64,000 bases of DNA from the human T2T-CHM13v2.0 reference genome, Homo sapiens. Shown here piece after piece: positions 1-14,069 of the stretch (position 1 is its first letter; every line of letters begins with the position of its first letter). The translations under genes and the position numbers were made by a program. The stretch lies in the NCBI RefSeq assembly GCF_009914755.1, contig NC_060934.1. The stretch is one strand, 5' to 3'. The notes under the pieces were generated by a model. That model saw only the letters and a list, made by a program, of their open reading frames with translations, was not told the origin of the DNA and ran no database searches.

Positions 1-1213
1 CTGGGAGTTGTCTGCACAGAGTCTTGTGATGTGAACTGTCTGTGGGACTCTCAGCTGTGGATACCAGCACATGTTTCAGTGGAGGTGACAGGGGGATGAA
101 ATGGACTCTGTGATGGTTCTTAGCTTTGGTAGTTTAATGCACTATTTTTGTGCTGGTTGGCCTCCTGCTTGGAGGTGGCACTTTCTAGACAGCATCAGTT
201 ATGGTAGTATGGGGAGGAACAGGTGGCGGTTGGGGCCCTAGAACTCTTAAAAGTATATGCCCTTTGTCTTCAGCTACCAGGGTGGGTAGGGAAGAACCAT
301 CAGGTGGGGGTAGGGCTAGGTGAGTCTGAGCTCAGAATCTCCTTGGGTGGGTCTTGCTGCAGCTGCTGGGGGATGGGATGAAGTTCCTAGGTCAATGGAG
401 TTATGTTCCTAGGAGGATTATGGCTGTCTCTGCTGTATCATGCAGGTTGTCAGGGGAGTGGGGAAAAGCTGGCAGTCACAGGCCTCACCTAGATCCTATG
501 CAATCTGAAGGGTCGGTCTCACTCCCACTGTGCCCCTACAACAGCACCAAGTCTGTTTCCAGGCAGTGGGTGAGCAGGGCTGAGAAATTGCCCCAGGCTA
601 CCCACCTCCCAGCTATGAAAGCAAGTATGGCTTTCCTTCTTCCCCCGCTGTGGCATCTGCACACCAGATTCACACCCTCCCCCGGGTTCTGGCCAGGAGA
701 CTTCTGGATCAGTTCAAATTGTTACTAAGTTGAGCTGGAGATTTCCTTCTCCCTGTGGCCTTTGCCAAGTGCGTCTGGCCGCCCTCCCAAAGGACCCTTG
801 TGAAGCCAGGCAGAGATGGCTTGCTAGGGAACTCAGCGAGCTCACAGGGCTTTTTCCACTGCTTCCTTTACCCCTGTATTTTGGTCAGCTCTCTAATTGA
901 CTCAGCTCCAGGTAAGGTCAGGATCTCCTCCTGTAATCTAGACGTTCAGTTTCCCCAGTGGGGGTGTGTGTTTGAGGCAGACGATCTCCTTTTCCTACTT
1001 CCACAGTTTGGGCACTCACAGTATTTGGGGTGTCTCCCTGATATTGAAGGAGCATTCCACTTTCTTCAGAGGGTCTGTAGGTCCTCTCGGGTTTCCTGAT
1101 TAATTCCTGCAGTTGTTCTGGAGTAAAAATTCACTATGTGAGCCTCTACACACTGTTCTGTTTGTCCAAGTCAGAGCTACAATCTAGTCCTGTCTCCCTT
1201 GCACCATGATCCC
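1..1213 (-). mobile_element. LINE-1 5' UTR region, L1PB/L1PBa-like (continues beyond window start)
   Basis: The reverse complement starts ggggatcatggtgcaagggagacaggactagattgtagctc, resembling the recalled L1PBa 5' end. It is more GC-rich than the flank. Confidence 0.7.
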
Positions 1214-1224
1214 CTTATTCTTTC

Positions 1225-1975
1225 ACTTATTTTTAGTCAACACATACATGTACATCTTTATGGGACAGAGAGTGATATTTCAATACATGTATGCATTTTA
1301 TGGTAATTAGAATATCCGGTACCTCAAACACTTATAATTTCTTTTTGTAGGGAACATTCAAAATTCTGTCTTCTAGCTTGTTGAAAATACACAATAAATT
1401 ATTATTAACTATATTTGCCCTATAGAGCTATAGGGCCCTATAACTTACCTTATTTAGCTGTAATTTGTATCCATTAACCAACCTCTTCCTACCTCCCCTC
1501 CCTACTAACCTTTCTAGCTGCTAATAACTAAAATTCTGCTTTCTACTTCTAAGAGAACAACTTTATTTTTAGCTCCCCCAGATGAGTGAGAATATGCAGT
1601 ATTTATTTTTCTGTGCCTGGCTTATTTCAGTTAACATAATGTCCTCCAGGCTCATTCATGTTACCATGAATAACAAGATTTTATTATTTTTATGGCTGAA
1701 TAGTATTCCATTGTATTTGTATACCACATTTGTTTTATCCATTCATCTTTTGATGGACATTTCAGTTTATTCCACATCTTGGCTATTGTGAATAGTGCTG
1801 CAATAAAGATGAGAGTGCAGATATCTCTTTAATATACTTATTTCATTTTTTTGATAACTACCCAGTAGTAAGATTAATGGATCATATGGTAGTTCTATTT
1901 TTAGTTTCGTGAGAAATCTTCATACTATTTTACCTAATGCTTGTCCTGATTTACCTCCCACCAACAGTTTATATG
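1225..1975 (-). mobile_element. L1MA (L1MA4/5-like) 3' end
   Basis: Antisense L1 3' motifs: tgagtgagaatatgcagtattt, gtgcctggcttatttca, gctattgtgaatagtgctgcaat. Confidence 0.75.
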
Positions 1976-1979
1976 AGTT

Positions 1980-2500
1980 AAACATTTTTTCATATGTTTA
2001 ATTGCCATCTGTATATCTTCTTTGGTAAGGTATCTGTTTAGATCTTTTAATCCATTTTTAATTGGGTTGTTTTCTTACTATCAAATGTTGAGTTTTTCTG
2101 TATCTTAGCTAACAGATGTTTCTTTTGTAAATATTTTCTGCCAGTCTGTGCCTTGTCTTCTCATTCTCTTGACATCGCATTTTGCACAGTAGAATATTTT
2201 AATTATAATGAAGTCCAGCTTATCAATTATTTATTTCATGGATCATACTTTAGACGTTGTATCTAAAAAGTCATCTCCATACCCAAAGACATATAGATTT
2301 TCTCATATGTTATCTCCTAATTCTTTATAGTATTGCATTTTACAGTTAGGTCTATCATCCAATTATTTAGCTCTATGATTCAATTATTTTGAAATAATTT
2401 TTGTGATGGGTATAAGATCTGTGTGTAGATTCTTGGTAAATATTGAATCTATCTATAAACATGGAATATCTCTCCATTTATTTAGTTCTGTTCTTAGATT
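1980..2500 (-). mobile_element. Old L1 (L1MB/MC-like) ORF2 fragment
   Basis: Antisense ORF2 motifs: gccatctgtatatcttctttggt, atgaagtccagcttatcaatt, atggaatatctctccatttattt. Confidence 0.65.
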
Positions 2501-3504
2501 TTACCTGGCAATATATCAATTCCTCTCTCATTTTTGAAAGACAGGGTGCTTTTTCCCCACCCTGGCTCCTGCAAGCTGTGTGCATGCTGCTATATAAAAA
2601 CATGGGCATGGCTGCTTGCCCTGGGACTAGGGATTGGGGGAAGGGTAGAGTTGTGTTAAGAGCTAAATTGCGTTAAGAGCTGTAATTGACCAAAATTAAT
2701 TGCAATTTACTGTTTAAACCTTTAATAGACTGCAGAGTTCCAAAATAGTCACATCAGTCAGATTCCACCAGTGCAATTGTTGTCTAAGTTGGGAGACAAA
2801 TTCTTGGTGTTTTTTACTCCACTATCTTCCCTCTAGCTACACCACTATTAAGCTGATTTTCTATTCTGCAACCCCAATGATCTGTCTGTCCTGTTTATTG
2901 TAAGTTTCTGTTTCGATTATGTTGACCGGTCAATGTAGAAAGCTCATGCTGTCTGTAAGACTGAGAATTTTATCTCTTTTTTTTCCAATTTTTCTCTTAT
3001 TTATTGTCTTCCTATTACTACATTTGTTCTGACCTCCACTTTAATATTCCACAGTTGCTGTGTTAGTGGGAATACTTATCTTTTTCTCAGTTTCTAAGAA
3101 AATGCATCAAAGTTTCTCCATTAGGTAAAATGCTTTCTGTAGTTTTTTTGCTGTTGTTGCTTTTTACAAAATAAAAAAAAAATTCCTTTTACTTTTTGGT
3201 TTCATGAGTTTTTAAAACTGTTGATGTATTTTATAAAATTATTTTTATGCCTCTAATAATAATCATATAATTTTCTTCCTTTATTCTATTAATATGGAGA
3301 ATTACATTGGTAGACTTTCTGATATGGAATTATGCTGTAGTACTAACTTTGTTTGTCACTATCTTGTTTTGGAAAAAAATTTTGTCTCAAAAATTATTTC
3401 TTATTTTCTTTTTTATGTTTCCTGGAACATGTGTTTAAAGATTGAGACTCTACTTTAAAAGTTGGTAAAAGTACCTATGAAAGTATCTAGGCAAGGAGAC
3501 TTTT

Positions 3505-4610
3505 GTTTTTAATTTTAATTTTAATTTTAGATTCAGGGAGTACATGTGCAGGTTTGTTACAAGAGTGTATTGTGTGATGCTGAGGTTTGTGCTGTTATTG
3601 ATTCCAGTAGCCAGATAATGAATATAGTACTCAATAGTAAGTTTTTTATCCTTGCCCCCCTCCCCCGCCTTTTCTTTTAGATTTCCCAGTGTCTATTGTT
3701 CCATCTTTATGTCTGTGTGAACTCAATACTTAGCTCCAGTTTATAAGCGAGAATATGCAGTATTTGTTTTTCTGTTTCTGTATTAATTTGCTTGGGATAA
3801 TGATCTCCAGCTGCATCCATGTTGCTTCAAAAGACATGATTTCTTTAGTTTTTATGGCTCAGTAGTATGCCATGATGCATATGTACCACAGTTTTTTTTA
3901 TCCGATCCACTGTTGATCGGCACCTAGGTTGATTCCATGTCTTTGCATTGTGAATAGTATTGTGATGAACATTCGAGTGCATGTTCTCTTTTTGCAGGAC
4001 GATTTATTTTCCTTTGGGTACGTACTCAGTAATGGCATTGCTGGGTCAAATGGTAGTTTATTTTAAGTTCTTTAAGAAATCTCCAAACTGCTTTCCACAG
4101 TTGCTGAACTAATTTACATTCCCACCAGCAGTGTGTAAGTGTTCCTGTTTCTCTGCAACCTTACCAACATCTGTTATTTTTTGACTTTTTAATAACAGCT
4201 ACTCTGAATGATGTGAGATAGTGTTTCATTGTGGTTTTGATTTGCATTTCCCTGATGATTAGTGATATGGAACATTCTTCAAATGTTGTTAGTCACTTGT
4301 ATGTCTTCTTTTGAGAAATGTCTGTTCATGTCCTTTGCCAACTTGTTAATAGGGTTGTTTGTTTTTTTCTTGTTGATTCTTGTAAGTTCCTTATAGATTT
4401 TGGATATTATTTTTTTATCAGATGCATAGTTTGAAAATATTTTCTCCCATGTAGATTGCCTGTTTACTCTGTATTTCCCAGGTTTTCTTCCAGAATTTTT
4501 ATATTTTGTAGTCTTACGTTTAAGTTTTTGATCCATTTTGAGTTAATTTTTGTGTAGGTGAGAGGCAGGGATTCACCTTTACTCTTCTGCATATGGTTAG
4601 CCAGTTTTCT
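3505..4610 (-). mobile_element. 5'-truncated L1PA15/16-like element
   Basis: Begins ttttattttagattcagggagtacatgtgcaggtttgttac. ORF 4279-4536 translates to L1 ORF2 C-terminal sequence ([25 protein letters not shown]). An imperfect TSD starting ggcaag flanks it at ~3490 and ~4612. Confidence 0.85.
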
Positions 4611-4959
4611 GGGCAAGAGGATTTTTGGAAGAGATAGTCTTTTGTCACCCTATCAGTTTGGTTTAGTAGTTTTTCTAGGTTTCAAGTTTTTCTTTTCCTT
4701 TTTTTTTTTTGAATGAATTTTATGCTTTTGCATATCTCTAAATGTTATAGAGATTTTCAAATTTCTTTGTAGTTATTCATGATACTCTGTCTGTTTTAAA
4801 ATTTTCTGATTGTGTCTCCGAGAACAACTCTTACAGTCGTAGTGAAGCATTATTAATAAGAGTGGTCAGGTTACAAGTTTTTCTCAAAGATTTTCTTTTC
4901 TTTCTCCTGTTCCTCTCCTTCCTCCTTATTCTTTCCCTCTTGTTGTGGCCTTTCTTTGA

Positions 4960-5395
4960 TAGTATCATATGCTGTACATACTCACAAACCCTGGGAACTC
5001 CTGTGTCGTTTCCTGCATAGCCAGGTCCAATTCACCACTGCCAAAATCCACAGCTGCTTCTAATGGGTACTGCCTTGTTCATCATGTCTTGTTGCTGCTT
5101 CCATTACTTAGCACCAGCTTTCAACTGACTCTAGCTTTGTATTGAGTAGTACAGCTCCAGCAGTACCAAGGCTTATGATATTCATTGATGCTATAGTGGT
5201 ATCACCATCTTCTTTTGAATACTTACAACTTTTCTGCACGCCCCTTCACTGGAGGGTCCAAGGTGATGGTGGTCTGTGGTGAATCCACTTTACACAGCCT
5301 TCTGAGGAGTCATAAAGTAGTCCCACATATATCTCAATGTCTCAAAGGGATTTGGAAAACAAGATCTTGAAGGTTTTGGTTATAGCCACCAATCC
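4960..5395 (-). mobile_element. Putative degenerate Gypsy/Ty3-type integrase fragment (MamGyp-like)
   Basis: Manual minus-strand translation across frameshifts gives TKTFKILFSK...YDSSEGCVKWIHHRPPSPW, GRAEK, EYHKP and AVLLNTKL, in the order of Gypsy integrase core motifs. Confidence 0.45.
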
Positions 5396-5506
5396 TCTCT
5401 AAGGGATTCACAAGTGAGTATTTAGGCTTAGGCCAGGAGACAGATTTTTGTGAAAAACAGTAATGTCCTTCCTGTTACATTTGAGACACAGCTTGTATGC
5501 CTGACA

Positions 5507-5552
5507 TTTCTTTCTTTCTTTCTTTCTCTCTCTCTTTCTTTCTTTTTTTTTT
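5507..5552. repeat. (TTTC)n/(TC)n pyrimidine microsatellite
   Basis: Seen directly. Confidence 0.9.
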
Positions 5553-6682
5553 CTGATGTGAAAGCTCCTTTGTTCCTTATGGGAGTGGACTTTCAATAGA
5601 CAAACCTCCGTTAGTCGGCAAACACGCCTGGATATTTTAGCACCCCAGGGGTGTACATTGTTCCCTCTCCCCCGCTCAAATGAGAAGGCCGCTGGAAAAT
5701 AAAACTCGCCGTTGGAAATAATATTAGCAGGGACCTGGCCAGTGTACTTCTGCCTCAAGTATGATGAATTACAGAATAAATCAAAATGATCACATAAAAA
5801 TGGGCACAGATCAAAATAAAAAGTAATTTAGAATTCAAAATTTATCTGTCAAGTGCTCCCACCACTGGACCATATTTGGATGCATCTTATCAATCAAGAT
5901 TCATCAACCAACTACCCTGGGATTCATTGTGTCTCTTTAGTGTGACTTCTCTTGTCTCTTTACTTATCTAGTCAGTATGCATTACATATCATAATCTCCA
6001 AGGGAACAGCATGATACTGCTCATTTTCAAGTTTTTGGAAATCTTGACTCCATTCTTTCATCTATACGACTTATATTCTGGATTTCCTAAAACCCATTAT
6101 ATAATTTTAAAATTTTAAATTAGGGCCCATGCTGGCTGACAAGGCATGACATTCTCAAGTTTTTGACTCTTTTTTGTTCTTGCTAGAGAACCATTGATGA
6201 GGCTGATGGGGCAATGCAATGTTCTTCTCTGCTTGAAGACGTCTACTTGTGAGGGACCTCTGGAAGAAGAGGAAGAAGACTTAGATTTAGTCCCAGGTCA
6301 TCCACTCTTCAGACCTATGAACTTGGACAAGTTATCTAACCATTCTAGCTGCACTTCCAGGGTTCTTTTTTGGGGAGGGGGGGATAAAATATAAAATTAA
6401 TTATTTTTTTCTGGCTATCATTTTAAGGCTATTGGATAGAAAATTGGTGTAAGAATACTTGATTATCTCTAACTTGTATGCTTGTGTAATAAGATGGGCA
6501 GGATTTTGTTTGCTTAGCAACTAATTCGGTGCATTTTTCTTAGAGTAAAATTAACATCATTGGGTCAATTATTTAATGAATGTGTTAAGGGTAAAAGTGA
6601 AATTTCTGGTTGAGTAGGCTAGTGTAAAAGCTTTAAACCACTACTTCTAATTGAGAATGTGTAGTAGAAGTTTAGAAAGGGA

Positions 6683-6983
6683 GGCCGGGCTTAGTGGCTC
6701 ACACCTGTAATCCCAGCACTTTGGGAGGCTGAGGCGGGAGGATCATGAAGTCAGAAGATAGAGACCATCCTGGCTAACATGGTGAAACCATGTCTCTAAT
6801 AAAAATACAAAAAAAAATTAGCCGGGCGTGGTGGTGGGCGCCTTTAGTCTCAGCTACTCGGGGAGGCTGAGGCAGGAGAATGGCGTTAACCTGGGAGGTG
6901 GAGCTTTCAGCGAGCCAAGATCGCGCCACTGCACTCCAGCCTGGGCACAGAGCCAGACTCTATCTCCAAAAAAAAGAAAAAAA
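6683..6983 (+). mobile_element. Alu (AluY-like)
   Basis: ggccggg start, accatcctggctaac, gaatggcgt, A-tail. Confidence 0.95.
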
Positions 6984-7236
6984 GTGACTGGAACTCCAGG
7001 GGTATGACAGGGGTATTGCTCATGTGACATCAACATTTACATCAGATCCATCTATATCAGATGAACTGAGAAAAGAAACACAATTATTGAGTTCTTTCTG
7101 TGGATGAATATTTCTGTCCTTATAAAAATTGTGAGCAATCTTAACCAGCAAGCCATAGCAATGCAAACCAGACACCAAGGAAGACAAAGATCATACCAGT
7201 GGTACAGGCAGCACAGATGTTTAAAACCAAGATCTC

Positions 7237-7568
<332 letters not shown>

Positions 7569-10509
7569 CTACCATGGTTTGACTTGGGCTGTGGAGAAAG
7601 GATTTCTTCTTGGCAGAGAAGGGGAGGGAAGGAAGACACAGGCCTAGGGCCAAGTCATGAGCACATGTGTGTCTTGCAATTAGAACACAGACTGGAGAAC
7701 AGCCACACATTGTCAACACTATGATTTCTTCAATGTTATAGTTGGTGGGAAAGCATCCTCTTCCCGCTCAACATCCTGAAATTCTCTGGATCCAGTGAGT
7801 TCTGCCCGAAGTCTGGAAGAGTGGCCACAATTGCCAAAAGTCTAGTACCCATAATCTATAAGATGGAAAGATGGCAATGGTAAGATATGAATCAGCTACT
7901 GGGACAGTGTTTGGAATGTAACCAGTAAGAGAGACAGAACTAGACTAGAAGCAGTCTAGTCTTGAGATGTCCAGAGAGAGGCCATGGGCAAAAGAGTGAG
8001 AAAGATTGCTTCATCAGGGAGCTCACCTCTGTCTCTACGCTCAGGTTCTATGCTCCAAACTGCAAGACCCTGTTAAGACAGGGGAGAAAGCAAGGCATAA
8101 TTAAGTGGGGCCATCTGGAGCTTCAGACCACTGGATTACACATGTGAGATATTCTTGGCTATTCTCACTTTTCCACCTCCAACTTTCACATGAAAACTCG
8201 TATTTTGGCCTTGAATCCAATTTAGCAAAGTCTTTTGTTTGAACCTTCTGTGGTGTTGCCTGTTGCAATGTAAGCATTAATCCAAAAAATCAGATGGAAG
8301 TGGTTACGTATGTCATGGCGCTGAAAAAGGCCTCCCTCTCATCAATGGTGAAACCCTGGCACCTGTTAAGAAAAATTATTCAAACTTTGAATATAAGGTA
8401 AAAGAACGACTCTGTGTCCTTTTGATGTTATACTATAACATTGTCTTTTAGGACTATCTAGGGATTATTTAATTCTCTAAGAGAATGCTTTTTCTTGACC
8501 TTTATTGTTGATGAAAATCCAGACAGTGTGCAGTTACATATAAACTTGCAGAAATTGAGAAACTATACATGATTTTTGATTAGCAGAAATGGAAATGATT
8601 TCTTTCAGACAGTAAAACAGAATCCCAAGGATACACAGTTTTATTGCCTTGTAGAACATTAACCAGTTGTGCATATAACTTAGCAAAATTGTTTCCCTAT
8701 CCAAGTTTTACCTGACAATATAAATCTCTGTCCACTAAATGCTCTTATAACTGCTTTGTGTGCTTCCCAGTTACTGGATTGAGTTAAATTACTCTCTGAC
8801 ATGTTTGTATGAGTCATATTTTACTATTTTTGGGAGTTATACATTGAGAGACTAAGAGAAAATATCTAGGTGAGAGAATGGAGCCCCAGTCTTCTAAATT
8901 TTACTCCTCCCCCCTACTAAACCAAAAATCCTCAGCTAAATGTCATGACTGGTTTCATCTCCTGGATCTTATCCAATCACTAGTGTATGCCCTTGGATCT
9001 GGATATACTTATTTTATTATTTACACTCATAAGATAATCTATAGAAAAGATAACAGGCTCAAATCAAGCATGAAAACCCACCATTATTAGCTTGGGGTAA
9101 ACATTATAATTTTCTACCACTTGTCTCTCATCACCCTGAGGTTTCCTGTTTAATAATAAAATCATCTGTTTCTTTTTAATGCCACCCACTCAGTGTACCT
9201 AAACAATTGTTTATTTTCTCCCTTTCTAATTTGTGATGAAGAAGTGTTTCTAATGTGTGATGAAAAGAGTCCATTTATTCGAAAAAATACAAAAATATAA
9301 ATTACTCTGCTTCAAATTGGTGTTATATTTTGCTTACTTTGTATTGCTCATGTCTGTGATACTTTAATGTTGTAAGGGTAAATGGAAGAATCTAATGAAA
9401 GCCCTAGACTCTTTGCCCTGAAAAAGATGAACATATACATGAAGTTTCCAAACAATGTCAGAATTTGGAAGATCCCATAAGGCTTACCTATGAATCAATG
9501 AAAAGTCTCGGAACCCCAAGTGAAGAAATTCTCCTCTACCAGTAAGAAACACCCTCTCACCTTTTTTCTCTTCCTACATCCACGTCTATATCACCCTTTT
9601 TGAATTTTTGGGATCACATCCTAGTTTCTCTTTATAACCTATTTCAGCATTTTATTTTGTGCTGCTCCAATTTCTTTTCACTTAGCATTACATCTAGTTT
9701 TACCACAATAGTGGATATACTTTTTTTTTGTCATGAGCTGTATATTTTATAAGAGATAAGGTTTCTTTTATGTATACTTTTCTTGATGTAACTTGCACTC
9801 TTAAGCCATTTATCTTTTTTGCATTATGACTTTACATATACTGCTAAAATTTAACTATGTGGGATCAAAATGGGGGAAAGAAGCCAAATTCCAGTTGAAA
9901 TTGTAATATTTGCTCTCTGGTGCAATGTGAACAAGCCTTAAATAGAAGTTATTATAGTCCTCATTATATTGTTTTTAAAGGGATTGTATTTCCACTGTAC
10001 TGAAGTCCTTGAAGCCTACAACTGGTATCACATCTGAATCTGCCAGTATTGAGCAGGCCGTTTGGTATGGAGCAGCAGCTCATAAAATATTTTAATGGAT
10101 AATGAGTGTTAAGAGAAATTTCAAAGATTCTGTTTCCTCAGGCTGATACTGGGTTTTTCAGTTTCATGATTCAATTACTGTTGGACTAGTTAGCCAACCC
10201 CACTTTTTTCCTCCATGCTCTGTATTACTATTGACATTGTGGTGAATAATTCTACTGTATAAACATGAAAGTAAAAAAAAATGGAGCTTTTTATTTAAAA
10301 TGTATAATAAATAGAAGAAAAAAGAAATCAGTGTTTTACAGACAGAAAGAGTTAAGACCAATTGAGATATCTCTTTAAGCTTAGAAACTAATGTGTTTCT
10401 TCAATGTCCTCTTATAATCAGACTTTCTGGAAGCTAAAAACACAGCAGTTTGGTTTTATTGGTTCTTCTACTTGAAAGTGACATTTCTGAGACATAGAGG
10501 AGGAGAGGA

Positions 10510-10690
10510 AAGAACATGGGTTTTGGAGTCAAAAGAACTAGTTTAAAATCCAGGATTCGGGATTTCCAGGCTGTAGGACTGAGATAAGTTATTTAACTTT
10601 TACATGTCTCATTTTCTTAATCTATAAATGTTAAGGTTATAGAATGTGTAGGGTTGTTGTGAGTCAGTCATAAGTGAAATAATAATTTCC
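10510..10690 (+). mobile_element. MIR
   Basis: tttggagtca...aagttatttaac...tctcattttcttaatctataaa...gggttgttgtgag. Confidence 0.6.
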
Positions 10691-11864
10691 TCAGGATATG
10701 GCCTGAATTCTAAGATATATAAATAAATAGACTCTATCAGTATTTTGTCTCTTCTCAGTCAAGTCAGACTCTGCAACAACAGTTTGTTGCTTTTAACTTG
10801 CATTGTGCCTCATGCAGAGGTGGTGAAATTTTCTACATACACATGCTTGTAAATTTCTTCATTATTTGAAAACAATAACTACAAGAAGAATAAAGGGAGA
10901 AAACACAGCTGAATTAAGAGAAGAAAAATGTACACAACCAACACGATTTGCAATGATTGAGAATAAAACCTGAGTTTCCTGATAGCGATGGTGACTATGT
11001 AAATGAAATGGTTTGCACATGTTGCCTGTTATGTGTATCCTTGCAATCATCCATAGATGACCCATCTTCTTATTGACGTGTCATTGCTTAAATCCAACAA
11101 CCAGGTATGGTCAACTCTGGATTGTTGGAAGCCCAGTCTGTTTCTTCCAATTGAATTGCCCACTCTTGGCCAATAGGTTATTATTTTAAAGTCAACCTCT
11201 TCCTGTGATAAACTCCATCTCACACCTTTTTCAATTTGTTGCTGTAGAGTTTGTGGGAAGAGTGGTAACTCGCTCTTGCCCTCATATATTCATGAGGCTA
11301 AATTTAGAGAGAAATTTCTCACCCAAGTCTTTTCTAGAATGTTGAGTGATGCGGTGTCCTCCCAGTGTTAGAGTGCTCATCTTTCCAGAAGTCTCCTGTG
11401 CCACTTCCCTCTTTGCTAAACTTTGACTCCCTCTTTCTTTGTACTTACGTGTATGTGTGTATATATAAATATGTGGAACATCTATAGTACCTTTTCCCAG
11501 TGACCAATTTGCCATTTCTTTATCCCACGAGCCCAGTGGTCCATTCTCCATCTCAGCCTCAACTTCTTTAAACTTGGTTTATTTAGGGATTTTTCTTGAG
11601 TTATCTTCCCACTTCCTTCCCAAGGTAGCCTTTTTTTCTACATATATATTAAATCTCTTAGCTGCATTTTCTTCTTCGTTGTCCTATGTTCAGTATATTT
11701 TGCCAGTGAATGTATAAAATTGATAATTTTGGAAAAGCAACCTCCTTCCTCTTGATTGAGAGGCACATTTAGAGGATAATATTATGTAAGGAAGAGATAA
11801 AAGGTAACTGTAAAAACAGACTTGAAATAGAGCCCTAGATTCTGTGTTCTAGTTCAGCATTGCT

Positions 11865-12305
11865 CCCGATAAAAGACAACTATTCAACAAGCTACATTTA
11901 ACGGCATTTATTTGAGCAAAGAACCATTCTTGAATCAGGCAGCCCTCAGAACCAGAAGAGGTTCAGAGAACTCTGCTCTGCAATGTGGGCAGTGAGTATT
12001 TATAGGCAGAAAAGGTTGATGCAAGCAGAAACAAGGAACAAAAAGCAAATTGGTTATTTCAAAGGTACTTTTTTTGTAAGGTTAAAGCAGAGGGGATTTT
12101 CTTATTATGCTAGCTAAGCTGGCTTGTTTGGAGATTTGGTTATTTCTCTCTCTCTCTCTCCTAATTTCTCAGTCCGGATAAACGACTTAGTTTTGGCTTG
12201 GGGTGTTTTAGTTTAGCTTGAGTGACTCCATTTTGGTTTGGTCTGGTTAGGGCTAATGCCAGAGCTCAGTCCAAATTAATGGATTTCTATAAATTTTATT
12301 TAATA
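11865..12305 (-). mobile_element. ERV1 solo LTR, MER67/MER31-like
   Basis: gaatcaggcagccctcagaaccagaagaggttcagaga...gagtgactccattttggtttggtc...ataaattttatttaa match recalled MER4-group LTRs. Confidence 0.65.
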
Positions 12306-13132
12306 CGCCCAAGCATGGTTCTGAGTTACATAATTGAAACTCTGTGGCCTTTCTTTCCCCTAAAGACAGCTCAGGGGAAATGAGAGCAGCTCACTCTAGC
12401 CCTACAGTCTCAGTGCTCGGCACACTGAGAGCAACGTTCAGTTTATGTGGCCATAGTGCCTATAGTCTGTGAAAGCCTCAGCGTGGAGTCTGTGTCTTGT
12501 TTATCAATGTTTTTTCTGGTTTCCAGCCTCACATATAGCAACTGCTATTAGTCAACAAATGTTTGCCAAGATAATAAATTAACAGATGAATGACTGTCTC
12601 CAAGTTCAATTTTCTCCTAAAGGTAGAAAGAACTTTGTTGGTGAACTTCGAAATTGTTCTAGTTATGGCACTGTAATATGATGCAAGGGTCTTCATTCCA
12701 TCCCTATACTTGTACCTAATGAAGAACGCAGGAGCAATTTTTTAAGCTGGCCATCATTGCAATTTTTTTCATTTAAAAATATGCATAGTAATGGGAAACA
12801 CACCAAACAGTCCTAAAACAGTTATTGTAGGGACACTGTGTCAGGCTGACTTTACTCAAAAGCATATTTCTCTCTTCCTTCTGTGCATGTAAAACACATC
12901 TCATCTTTGACCATATGTTTCCAGCCCTCACTTTCTTCTTTTCTCTTGCTTTGCCCTTCTCCAGCTTAAAATATTTTCCAAACTATTTTTTAAATTCTGA
13001 TTTTTCACTTTTCATTTTTCTTATCTTCAGTAAATGTTATTGCTTCAGGAAAGACATCCTGGTAGATTTTGATAAACTCTATACCTCAAGACTTAACTCC
13101 CCTAAATGTCCCACTTCCCATCCCCAATGATA

Positions 13133-13144
13133 ACAGACAGACAG

Positions 13145-13185
<41 letters not shown>

Positions 13186-13200
13186 CACGCATGCGCACAC
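13133..13200. repeat. (CA)n microsatellite with (CAGA)n lead-in
   Basis: Seen directly. Confidence 0.95.
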
Positions 13201-13529
13201 AGCTGTTACTGCCTTCATGAGAAGTCATAAGAGCATCTATCCTAAATTCATTGAGTTGTACTAAGAAAGGGCCTGCTTAATCAAAGAAAGGTATTATATA
13301 TTTGCAACCTACAATCTAATAATCAATCTAATAATAGCAGTACTTCCCTTTGGGCATGATGGTTGCAGGGGTGGGAGAGCTTCACTGGCTGTTGTACACA
13401 TAGATTCTCAGAGCTCATAAAAGAAATTATTTTAGTCGTATAATAATTTAATATGATTAATATTATACTTTTAAATATCTTACTTTTTCCTTTATAGAAA
13501 CATATTTCTTAGAAATGGTAGACTTCATC

Positions 13530-13660
13530 AATTCCCTTTTTATAGAGGTGAGGAACTGAGTCTCAGAGAAGTTAAGTGAATTGCCCAAAGAATAAACAAA
13601 TAAGTGGCCAAGATAAGACTTGGACTCAGAGTTTCTAACTCCAAAAGCCACATTCTTACA
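13530..13660 (-). mobile_element. MIR
   Basis: Core gaggaactgagtctcagagaagttaagtgaattgcccaa. Confidence 0.75.
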
Positions 13661-14069
13661 AGCAATTTCTATTGGACTTTAAGTTTACAAACCACTCTCA
13701 TATAATCAACTAATTCAATTCTTACAATATTGTATTCAGTTGACATTTTCTACATTTTACTAAGAGAATCTACCAAAAGCTCCTCAGAGTTGGAGCCAGG
13801 ACATATCCCATGTTGCTTGTCTCTAAATCTCTGAATTTTTAACTGTCACTGCTGAACTTTCTGTCCATCATATGTCCCTGAGAAATAGTGATGAAAAGAA
13901 ATAAAAGTAACTGTGAGATTTTATTTTCTTAAAGTCAAAATTGTCAATGACAGAAAGATTCTTGTATTGTTTTAATTGCAGCTTCTCAGACCCTCAGATG
14001 ACAGGTAGCATCAGACAGTTTGACTACTAACCATAGTTATCAGGGAAAGATGTTCTTGAAAGATGTGTT

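Noticed and set aside
354-1099. 124-aa and 114-aa ORFs
   Set aside because: Both lie antisense within an L1PB 5' UTR, have non-ATG starts, and match no family I recognise.
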